Source of the DNA: Bacillota bacterium
GTDB taxonomy: Bacteria > Bacillota > Limnochordia > Darwinibacteriales > Darwinibacteriaceae
Direction: 5' to 3'
Assembly (NCBI GenBank): GCA_030054835.1
Contig: JASGVS010000028.1
Span: forward strand, 1,032 to 65,031
DNA: 64,000 nt
The translations under genes and the position numbers were made by a program. Numbering within the stretch: the first letter of the stretch is position 1; every line of letters begins with the position of its first letter. The notes below the pieces were generated by a model. The model saw only the letters and a program-made list of their open reading frames with translations, was not told the origin of the DNA and made no database searches. This document shows, piece by piece, positions 9,160-17,192 of the stretch.

Positions 9160-9755
9160 TATTCATGCCATTCGCCTTTGGTGAAACTGGGATCGAGCAT
9201 ATCGCTTATGCCCGCTAAGAGCATAATGATGCCCTGAACCCGGTGGGGCTGAACGATATACGTTCCCCTTGTTTCACTGTTGGGGTCTTCCACAATCAGA
9301 TCCGCCGCGATAAGGGGTTTTAGGTGGTGGTAGACCTGCCCGGTGGAGTTGTAGTCCCCTTCTTCCACCAATTGGGCAACTGTCATGGGTTTTCTCAGAA
9401 TCTGCAGCAGCATGTTGAGGCGGTCGTTGTTGCCAATAGATGTGAGTACCTTTTCTGCCATACGGTTTTCAATCAGCTTGAGCAGATCGTCTGCGTTCAC
9501 TTGATGCCTGATCCAAGTCGACTGGCGCCCGCCCGAGGCGTAAACCCCCAGGTAGGTGATGGCCCCATTCTGATTCTTTTCTTCGCATGTGTCCTCCAGC
9601 TGACTTAAAATCTGCTGGATATGGGGATCAGGATGCATGTCAGGTATCTTTTGAATGAGGGTCCTTGGATCTTCCTCTTTTGGCCGGAGCATTTCCTTGA
9701 TTTCCCTCAGTTCCTCCCTCAGCTGATCAATCTCCTGTCCGTAGTCCCTCGTCAT
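9159..9755 (-). CDS. ArsR-type winged-helix transcriptional regulator with N-terminal coiled-coil extension
   Basis: 198 aa. LLQILRKPMTVAQLVEEGDYNSTGQVYHHLKPLIAADLIV resembles an ArsR/SmtB HTH. Strong SD AAGGAGGT. Confidence 0.6.
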   Translation of the reverse strand: MTRDYGQEIDQLREELREIKEMLRPKEEDPRTLIQKIPDMHPDPHIQQILSQLEDTCEEKNQNGAITYLGVYASGGRQSTWIRHQVNADDLLKLIENRMAEKVLTSIGNNDRLNMLLQILRKPMTVAQLVEEGDYNSTGQVYHHLKPLIAADLIVEDPNSETRGTYIVQPHRVQGIIMLLAGISDMLDPSFTKGEWHE

Positions 9756-9783
9756 TCTCGCGTACCTCCTTCGGCCAATATTG

Positions 9784-9845
9784 AATTACGCAATTACATA
9801 ATAGCATAGGGGATGCAATTACGTCAATACGGAATGACGTAAATT
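9784..9845. promoter_or_regulatory. Operator-like repeat cluster in a divergent intergenic region
   Basis: AATTACG/CAATTAC direct copies at 9784, 9791 and 9816. Inverted repeat AATTACGTCA-N8-TGACGTAAATT at 9817-9845. Confidence 0.35.
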
Positions 9846-9960
9846 ATATAGGGATTCACAGCCCAGATTTCGCATATTGCGCACACCGTAAAGGGTTTGG
9901 CAGCTTTGAGTCGAAGTAGGCGGCAAAATAGTTTTGGGCCCAGAAGAAGGGGAGAGCGCT

Positions 9961-10524
9961 ATGGAGCGATCGGTGTACATCATCTCAGGCCCAGCTGGGG
10001 TGGGAAAATCCACTACCGCGGGCGAACTTGTGCAGCAGTTTGACAAAAGCGCCCTCATTTCCGGTGATGACATCAGTCATATCCCCGTCAATGGGCGCGG
10101 TAAACCCTGGCTCTGCCAGGAGACTCTTCAGTTAACTTGGAGCAACATTTTGAGCCTGACACGCAACCTCCTTGGCTTTGGTTACGACGTAGTAATTGAT
10201 TACGTGACCCTTCCCGCCCAGGCCGCTTGGTTGGCTGAGAACTTAAGGGATCTCAATGTTAAGGTGTTTTACGTTGTCCTTATGGTAGGAGAAGCAGAGA
10301 TTGTCAGACGCGATCAAGGCAGACACCCTGACGCAAGAATGGGAGCAAGGAGCGTGGAGCTGCTGCGAGAGTTTAAGGAAGTGCTTCAGGGCGACGAGCA
10401 TATTTTCAACACGGAAAGCTATGGTGTGGGGCAGCTGCCTGAGGTGATCGGCGAGATCCTGAGCAGTCCCAGATTCCTCTTTTCCAGGTCAGGATGGATG
10501 GAAGGTGAAAACCAACAACACTAG
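9961..10524 (+). CDS. P-loop kinase-like AAA ATPase, function unknown
   Basis: Walker A GPAGVGKST close to the N-terminus. ATG 9961 is preferred over TTG 9934 because of the SD GAAGGGGAG. Confidence 0.6.
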   Translation: MERSVYIISGPAGVGKSTTAGELVQQFDKSALISGDDISHIPVNGRGKPWLCQETLQLTWSNILSLTRNLLGFGYDVVIDYVTLPAQAAWLAENLRDLNVKVFYVVLMVGEAEIVRRDQGRHPDARMGARSVELLREFKEVLQGDEHIFNTESYGVGQLPEVIGEILSSPRFLFSRSGWMEGENQQH

Positions 10525-10876
10525 TTTCCTACGGGAGCAGTACAAATTCTCGTTGATCTCAGCCATTACCCTGCATAAACTAGTCCTTTACTTGGTCTCA
10601 CTGCTTGCCCTTGCAATCATAGGCTCCTTTGCCGTGGGGGTATACCAATCCCTGCAGGGGGCAGTCCTGGTGGTTATCCTGTATTTGGCCTTAGGAAAGC
10701 TGCTCAAGGATACCCGGCGCTGCCGGGAGCAGATGAACAGGCTGAAGGAGGCGTACAGCTGGGAGTTCTCGGACGAAGAGGACGCAGCGACCCTGACTTG
10801 TTTTTTGGCCGGCGGACATGTTCCGCATTTTCTAAACCCAGTACAGCAACCATCAGTTGATTCAACTATAGGTTGA
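10505..10876 (+). CDS. Hypothetical membrane protein
   Basis: 123 aa with GTG start overlapping the end of the upstream gene. Two predicted TM helices. Confidence 0.4.
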   Translation: MKTNNTSFLREQYKFSLISAITLHKLVLYLVSLLALAIIGSFAVGVYQSLQGAVLVVILYLALGKLLKDTRRCREQMNRLKEAYSWEFSDEEDAATLTCFLAGGHVPHFLNPVQQPSVDSTIG

Positions 10877-10976
10877 ATTGAGTGTAGGAAAATAATGTAA
10901 AACTAAACCATCGGTACATGGTCACTTAGCTTAGAATGGCCCATAATCAAGTCAAAAAGACATGGGAGGGAACGAC

Positions 10977-12149
10977 ATGTACAACATTTACGGGTTTGGT
11001 CGGCGGGTCGCGGCACTGAGGAAAAACGCTGGGCTGACCCAGGAGGATCTGGCAGAGAAACTAAACATTACTGCTCAGGCTGTGTCCAAATGGGAGAATG
11101 AAGTGAGTTTCCCTGAGATCACCATTTTACCCAGGTTGGCTCAGGTCTTGGGGACATCAATTGAAGAACTCTTCGGCCGGGAACAGCGGGAGCCCAATGG
11201 GGAAGGGGAGTTCTCTTTTCCCGAATTTGACGAGCATAAGCTGAAGTTGGTGCACACTTTCGGTAACGTCGGCTGCTACTCGGACAAAGAGGTGGAAGTG
11301 AGCACGGGCGATACGGTGATCTTCAAGGATGGGAGTTCAGCTAACCTCTCCGGTTTGGAAATTGTGAACAAAGGCCTTGGTGATATCCGCTTTGCCTTCG
11401 CCGAGGAACGGTACATCCCGCCGGCGGTGAACCATAGCCTGACGGAACTACAGGAGACTTTCGAGGGAATTAAGTCATTGGAGCTTGTTGTAGCCCATGC
11501 CGAGTTCTCGGTGACCAGATCACCTGATAACAAGACACGGGTTTCTGCCCAGGGAACGCCTCTCTTTTTGAACAACTTAGTGATCAACCAAGAGCAGGAC
11601 AGACTGCGGGTCAAATACCGCAGGGACAGCATTGGTGTATCAAACGGCACCCACAATTACGTGGAAATAGCCTTTGGCTCCGATCGGGGCGAGGATTTGA
11701 CCCTGATGGTGAACGGTTCCAGCAGCGCCGAAGTGGAGATCCCCTTTAAAAAGGCAACGGTGAGCGTGAATGGTTCGGGTAGTGCCGAATTGGCTGACCT
11801 TGACGTCCTAACGGGCAGCGTGAACGGCAGTGGGGATTTGACCTGTGAAGCGGTTGGCCAGGTGAATGTGACCGTGAATGGCTCCGGCGATGTTGATATC
11901 GACCAAGTCAGCGGGGATATCAAGGCTCAGATTAACGGTTCGGGCAGCATCGATTTTGGCCGCGGCGAAGTGGACAGTCTGCAGATTGTAGTTGCCGGTT
12001 CTGGTGATGTTGATGCGGAAGGCGTTACTGCCAGGACCGCCTCACTTAGGGCAATTGGCTCCGGGGATGTGGTTGTGGGCCGTGTGATCGAAGAGTCGCT
12101 GGAAAAACACAGCCGCCATGCCACAATCAGCGTCTTAAAGCGCGGCTAG
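10977..12149 (+). CDS. XRE-family HTH protein fused to a DUF4097/DUF2807-like beta-helix repeat domain
   Basis: N-terminal HTH (LTQEDLAEKLNITAQAVSKWENE). The C-terminus has seven (V/I)NGSG(S/D) repeats. ATG 10977 is preferred (SD GGGAGGG). Confidence 0.75.
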   Translation: MYNIYGFGRRVAALRKNAGLTQEDLAEKLNITAQAVSKWENEVSFPEITILPRLAQVLGTSIEELFGREQREPNGEGEFSFPEFDEHKLKLVHTFGNVGCYSDKEVEVSTGDTVIFKDGSSANLSGLEIVNKGLGDIRFAFAEERYIPPAVNHSLTELQETFEGIKSLELVVAHAEFSVTRSPDNKTRVSAQGTPLFLNNLVINQEQDRLRVKYRRDSIGVSNGTHNYVEIAFGSDRGEDLTLMVNGSSSAEVEIPFKKATVSVNGSGSAELADLDVLTGSVNGSGDLTCEAVGQVNVTVNGSGDVDIDQVSGDIKAQINGSGSIDFGRGEVDSLQIVVAGSGDVDAEGVTARTASLRAIGSGDVVVGRVIEESLEKHSRHATISVLKRG

Positions 12150-12181
12150 CCAAAACTTACCAACTCCTAAACGCGTTCTAT

Positions 12182-12208
12182 GCAGCCCCTTCTAGGCTAA
12201 GGGGCTGC
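12182..12208 (+). terminator. Probable terminator hairpin
   Basis: GCAGCCCCTT-N7-AAGGGGCTGC. The downstream T tract is weak. Confidence 0.5.
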
Positions 12209-12305
12209 GCTCTCCTACTTTTCCGACCTCAGCCCGATTCGCTTTGTTGGCAATGCTGCTACTATGGGATTTGAGAAGGAATGAACGGAAGGTTGGTGCT
12301 TCGAG

Positions 12306-13145
12306 ATGGAAATCCGTTTCTGCAATGGCCCAGATAGGGTTTACCAGGAAAAACTAAATGCCCTTTTGCAAGAAATCTTTTTTGACTTTCAGTTTTGGTA
12401 CGACCTAGATCTCTGGGATCAAAACTACGAGAGTTACTCCATAATGGTAGGGGACGAAATCGTCTCCAACATCTGTGTTTACAAAGCAAAAGTGTTGTTT
12501 AGGGGACAGCCTTACACTGCCCTTTCGGTAGGGGCAGTGGCAACGCGGGAGGATTACAGGGGTAAGGGGCTTGCCCGGAAATTGATGGAACACATCATTG
12601 AAAAGTATCCGGATACCCCTATGTACTTATGCGCAAATGATGGAGTTTTAGGTTTTTACCCCAGGTTTGGTTTTAAGCGTGTGTATGAGAAGCAGCCTGT
12701 CGTTCACTGCAGAGTGAATAACAGCGTGTCCCCGCTCAAACTGACCCATTCTGACCCAAAGGTCTGGCACTATGTGTATAATCGGATCAACTTTTCTAAG
12801 GAACTGGACTGCCTAAACACGGCCTGTATAAATATCTTTCACATTTACCAGGGCTACTTGAACAACAGTCTCTATGAGATTCCAGAGCTTGAGACAATGG
12901 TAATTGCTGATCAGGAAGGTCCCGTTTTAAGCATTAGGGGAGTTTTCTCCCTCAGGCCCATAAACTTTGCCCAACTGCTCCCCCATTTGCCCTTTTCAGG
13001 TGTGGAAAACATTGAATTGGGCTTTATGCCCTACTGGCCCGATTTGGAGTATGAAATGGAAGAAAGGGAGACCGATCCCTGGTTTGTAAGGGGAGTAAAG
13101 TGTGATTTGGGTGACATAAAATTCCCTGAGCTGTCAATAACCTAA
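12306..13145 (+). CDS. GNAT-family N-acetyltransferase with C-terminal extension
   Basis: 279 aa. Acetyl-CoA motif REDYRGKGLARKLMEH and FYPRFGF. Confidence 0.8.
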   Translation: MEIRFCNGPDRVYQEKLNALLQEIFFDFQFWYDLDLWDQNYESYSIMVGDEIVSNICVYKAKVLFRGQPYTALSVGAVATREDYRGKGLARKLMEHIIEKYPDTPMYLCANDGVLGFYPRFGFKRVYEKQPVVHCRVNNSVSPLKLTHSDPKVWHYVYNRINFSKELDCLNTACINIFHIYQGYLNNSLYEIPELETMVIADQEGPVLSIRGVFSLRPINFAQLLPHLPFSGVENIELGFMPYWPDLEYEMEERETDPWFVRGVKCDLGDIKFPELSIT

Positions 13146-13188
13146 GCCATAAGCTGGGGAATGGTTTTGTACGGGAGGAACCTGTGAC

Positions 13189-14997
13189 ATGAAAAACGTT
13201 GGCACGATACTTGACACTTACCGATACTTGCTGCGGATACTTTCCAAAAACGCGCCCGTCGTTGTTGTGCTCGTCTTTGCAGCGTCAGTTGCCCTGGGTC
13301 TGCTGCAGCCCTTTGGCGTCTTTGTCAACAGCAGGCTGTTTAACCTCAGTTTAGCCGCGGCACAGGGAGAGGTGGGCCTCGCTGCTCTGACCCCTTATTT
13401 TCTCCTGTTTGTAGCTGCCTCCCTTGCGCCCAATCTACTCCACCTGTTTGTCTACGGCTACGCCGAGCCTAGGTGTCTTTTGGTGCTGCGCTCGGCCTTT
13501 CGGGGTGAGATGCTGCAGAAGTTAAAGAGGATGAAATACGAGCACTTGGAAAGCGAAGCTTCCATGGAGATTATTGATAAGGCCTACACCCGGGCCGAAA
13601 ACTCGGCCCGGCATCTTTTTCCCATGTACATATTCTTTTTCGTCTCTTCCGTAGTAGGTTCCCTCGGCTCCTTAGCTATCCTCATCTCCATCAAATGGTG
13701 GCTGGTCATTCCTGTCCTTCTGCCCTTTATTGTGGAGACTATTTTGGCCTCGAGGCAGACCTACAACATTTACGAGGAGATGGAGACCTATTGGAAACGG
13801 GAGAGGGAGTATCAAATCCTGCAGAACATGCTGCAGGAGAGGGATTATCTTAGGGAAAACACCCTGAACCAGGCTTCAGACTACCTTGTGGATACTTACA
13901 AACACCGCCTCAATGCGCGCAACAGAACATACGAGGGTTTTTTCCTGAAGAACCTGCGCAAGGTATTTTTATCCAATAACATTTCCCGTTTTGCGGTGTT
14001 AGGCAACGCTTTACTCCTGCTCCTTCTTTACCTGAGGGGAGAAGTAAGTATCGGGCTCTTCATCTCCGCATCCCTCATGGTCTTTTCCAGTCTTTACGAT
14101 CAGCTGGGCGGATCCGTGTTTATCTTTAAATGGGGCCATTACCACGCCAACTTTTTTAATTTCTACAGGCTTTACTTTGAACTGTCGGAAGATGCTGAGC
14201 CCGAAGTGTCTACTATGCCCGACGCATTTGACATTGAGTTTAGAAACGTGTGGTTCAGATACCCTGGCACCGATCGGGATATTCTCAAGGGGATCAGCTT
14301 TGTGATTGGCGAGGGAGAAAAGATCTCCCTGGTGGGTGAGAACGGGGAAGGCAAAAGCACTATTGTCAAGCTCCTCTTAGGCCTTTTCCTACCTGACCAA
14401 GGGGAGATCTTGCTTGGTGGTAGGCCCCTGGCCAGTTTCGGTCTGGCCGAGAGGACGAGGATTTTCGGCACCGTCTTCCAAGACTTCAGCCGCTTCAATC
14501 TGACGTTGGAAGAAAACGTTGTGATCGGGAATTTAGAGGAGAAGGATGACAGCCATCGGTTTTGGCGCGCAGTAAAAAAGGCTGGGCTGGAGGGTGTAGT
14601 TGAGAAACTGCCCAGCCAAGAACGGTCGCTCCTAGGCAAGCAGTTTGAGTCTGGCACCGACCTATCAGGTGGGGAGTGGCAGCGCGTGACCATGGCCCGG
14701 GCCCTCTTTGGTGACCGGCCCATCCTTATCCTCGATGAACCCACCAGTCAGCTCGATCCCATGGCTGAAAGCGCCCTTTACCGGGAATTTGCGGAGATAA
14801 CCAACGGCAAGACTTCGCTCTTTATTACCCACCGCCTGGGCTCTACTGCGGTTACCGATCGGATCATCGTCATTTCCGATGGCTCGGTAGTGGAAGAAGG
14901 TACGCACCTGCAGCTGCTGCAGGCAGGCGGGCTTTACGCTGAGATGTTTGAGGCTCAGAAGAGCTGGTATGACCGCAGTGCAAGGGAGGTGGGCTGA
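13189..14997 (+). CDS. ABC exporter, fused permease/ATPase (half transporter)
   Basis: 602 aa. N-terminal 6-TM domain. Walker A GENGEGKST, signature LSGGEWQR, Walker B ILILDEPT. Confidence 0.9.
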   Translation: MKNVGTILDTYRYLLRILSKNAPVVVVLVFAASVALGLLQPFGVFVNSRLFNLSLAAAQGEVGLAALTPYFLLFVAASLAPNLLHLFVYGYAEPRCLLVLRSAFRGEMLQKLKRMKYEHLESEASMEIIDKAYTRAENSARHLFPMYIFFFVSSVVGSLGSLAILISIKWWLVIPVLLPFIVETILASRQTYNIYEEMETYWKREREYQILQNMLQERDYLRENTLNQASDYLVDTYKHRLNARNRTYEGFFLKNLRKVFLSNNISRFAVLGNALLLLLLYLRGEVSIGLFISASLMVFSSLYDQLGGSVFIFKWGHYHANFFNFYRLYFELSEDAEPEVSTMPDAFDIEFRNVWFRYPGTDRDILKGISFVIGEGEKISLVGENGEGKSTIVKLLLGLFLPDQGEILLGGRPLASFGLAERTRIFGTVFQDFSRFNLTLEENVVIGNLEEKDDSHRFWRAVKKAGLEGVVEKLPSQERSLLGKQFESGTDLSGGEWQRVTMARALFGDRPILILDEPTSQLDPMAESALYREFAEITNGKTSLFITHRLGSTAVTDRIIVISDGSVVEEGTHLQLLQAGGLYAEMFEAQKSWYDRSAREVG

Positions 14998-14998
14998 G

Positions 14999-16819
14999 AT
15001 GAACAACCGGACAGTCCTAATTGAGTCAACTTTACAGCGGGAAGCGGAGCCGAAATTTAGGCACCTGGTTAAGTTATGGACCTTTGTGTTCCGTTCTGCT
15101 CCAGCTATGAGTGTACTTTTTCTCGGTCTAATGCTCCTTTTGTCCCTGCTTAGGCCTGTGGCCGCGGTGGTGTGGGGGCAGTACATTGATGCTGTTGCTG
15201 CCTATCTGCCAGGGGGAGAGCTTATCCCCATGCTGGGATTAGTCACTTTGTACTATGCCATCAACCTCCTCGTTGGTGTGCTCTGGCGGTACACAGAAGG
15301 GCAGGAGGATATCGAACGGCTTGATGTGGTGCAGGCTAACCGGCTGCAGGAGTTGGTGAACTCCCGTGTACTGCGCAGACTGGCCAAAATCGATCCGGAG
15401 TTTTGGGAAGTACCGAAAATCAACGATCTGGCCGATCGCACTTTCCAGTTCATCAACAGACGCTGGGGAGACAATTTGAGCAGAGCGATTATGTTCCAGG
15501 GTTACCTCGTCTTGGCTAAAGGGGTATCCGTTCTTTCCATTGCCGCGTCCTTGTATGTCTTCAACCCCTGGCTCTGCCTGATTGTGCTTATCGCGCCCCT
15601 GCCTTCCCTTTACACGCTGCTTTTTGCTGAGAAGCTCCGCTTTAAGTTCGTGAAGGAAAACTCCCAGCTTCTGCGCCGGGCTAATTACTATCAAGACGTA
15701 CTGCTCAGGCATGGGGCCAAGGAAGTCAAGACGATGGGGCTGTTTGATTTTTTCTTCACTAAATGGCAGAACGTGATGGCTGAGTACACTGAGAAGGAGA
15801 AACGGCTTTACCGGAATCGGACGCTGATCAATGTGGTTAACGATCTTATAGCCAGTAGTGCCAACGTAGCCGCCAACATTTTGGCGATTTATCTGATGGC
15901 CAGCGGCCAGATTTCCCTGGGGGCGTTGGGGGCAGCCATGTCCCTCATAGGCACACTACTGCGGGATACAAGCTCCCTCATGGGCAGCCTTGCGGCCTTT
16001 GCGGGTAAGAAGAATGAGGCGGCCATGTTCTACGATCTAATGGAACTGCCCGAACGGCCTGGAGTAGAGAAAACAGGGGATATTGAGATGGTGCGAGCAG
16101 AGGGGGTAAAATACCGTTATCCCCTCAGCGAAGATTACGTCCTGACAGGGATTGACTTTTCCATCCGAAAAGGTGAAAAGGTGGCCTTGGTGGGCGAAAA
16201 CGGGGCAGGTAAGACCACCTTCGTCAAGTTGGTTACCGGCATACTATCGCCATCGGAAGGTGAACTGTCCCTCAACGGTCAGCCCGTTGAGACTTTATCC
16301 CTGCCAGGTAGACTAAAGCAAATGAGCACGGTTTCTCAGATCCCCGCCAGGTATTTAACCTTTACAGCAGCAGACAATGTCTTTCTCGGAGACACTCTCC
16401 GCCCAAGGGGTGGGGAAGAAATCACCCACGCCCTCAAGTTTGCCGGTTTAGAAGGGGTTCCCGCCGATACGCTGCTGGGTAAGGAAGTGGGCGGTACTGA
16501 CCTATCAGGGGGAGAGTGGCAGAAGCTGGCCATCGCCCGGGCAGCCTACCGGGGCCGGGACTTTATCATTTTAGATGAACCCACCAGCAACCTGGATCCC
16601 CTGGCGGAAGCGGAGGTCTTCCGTAAATACCTGGAGCTGACAGGGGACAAAACGGTTATATTCGTGACTCACCGCATCAGTGTTGCCGCTTTGGCTGAAC
16701 GGATTGTTGTCTTTGACAAGGGGAAAATCGTGGAAGAAGGAAACCATCAAGAATTGTTAGCCCAGGATGGCAGGTATGCAGCTTTGTACAGTGAACAGGC
16801 CAGGTGGTACAACCGGTGA
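14999..16819 (+). CDS. ABC exporter, fused permease/ATPase (partner half transporter)
   Basis: Walker A GENGAGKTT, LSGGEWQK, FIILDEPT. ATG 14999 is preferred (SD AAGGGAGGTGGG, 1 nt after the upstream stop). Confidence 0.9.
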   Translation: MNNRTVLIESTLQREAEPKFRHLVKLWTFVFRSAPAMSVLFLGLMLLLSLLRPVAAVVWGQYIDAVAAYLPGGELIPMLGLVTLYYAINLLVGVLWRYTEGQEDIERLDVVQANRLQELVNSRVLRRLAKIDPEFWEVPKINDLADRTFQFINRRWGDNLSRAIMFQGYLVLAKGVSVLSIAASLYVFNPWLCLIVLIAPLPSLYTLLFAEKLRFKFVKENSQLLRRANYYQDVLLRHGAKEVKTMGLFDFFFTKWQNVMAEYTEKEKRLYRNRTLINVVNDLIASSANVAANILAIYLMASGQISLGALGAAMSLIGTLLRDTSSLMGSLAAFAGKKNEAAMFYDLMELPERPGVEKTGDIEMVRAEGVKYRYPLSEDYVLTGIDFSIRKGEKVALVGENGAGKTTFVKLVTGILSPSEGELSLNGQPVETLSLPGRLKQMSTVSQIPARYLTFTAADNVFLGDTLRPRGGEEITHALKFAGLEGVPADTLLGKEVGGTDLSGGEWQKLAIARAAYRGRDFIILDEPTSNLDPLAEAEVFRKYLELTGDKTVIFVTHRISVAALAERIVVFDKGKIVEEGNHQELLAQDGRYAALYSEQARWYNR

Positions 16820-17038
16820 TTGAATGAGTTGATGGGCATCGCCGTTATAAACATGGACCAGGAGTTTTGGGACGGGGAAATGGCACAGGTGAGGGAACAT
16901 AGCTGCACAAGCTTTATGGTCAATTTCTCAGGTATGGACTTAAACGGCGACGACGCCTTCGGTGGAGCTTGGGTTATCTTCCAAGGGGAAACAACCTAGC
17001 AGGAAAACTCCTATATGGATCCCGGGGATCCAAAAAAA

Positions 17039-17076
17039 CCTTCTAAAGACCTGATCTTTAGGAGGTTTTCTGTTTT
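17039..17076 (+). terminator. Rho-independent terminator of the ABC operon
   Basis: CCTTCTAAAGA-N5-TCTTTAGGAGG hairpin followed by TTTTCTGTTTT. An A-run upstream makes it potentially bidirectional. Confidence 0.7.
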
Positions 17077-17105
17077 CCTGTGAACTTTTTGTAAAGTGGG
17101 CTGAA

Positions 17106-17149
17106 TTGTGATCAAGGTCACTGCAGCATTCTAGGTTGAAGCCTATAAT
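17106..17149 (+). promoter_or_regulatory. pfl promoter: TGTGA-N6-TCAC palindrome (Crp/Fnr- or Rex-type site) plus -10 TATAAT
   Basis: TTGTGATCAAGGTCACTG at 17106-17123. TATAAT at 17144-17149. No good -35 (CTGCAG). The site centre is about -41.5 relative to the expected start site. Confidence 0.5.
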
Positions 17150-17192
17150 TAAGTCGTCAACTAAGGAATCTTAACAAGGGAAGGTGAGCGCC

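Noticed and set aside
16820-17192. ZTP (pfl-motif) riboswitch or another riboswitch upstream of pflB.
   Set aside because: - With the TATAAT at 17144-17149, the leader is only ~37 nt.
- I could not see the conserved GGGTCGTGAC...CCGCCTGGGC-type elements in the 370-nt region.
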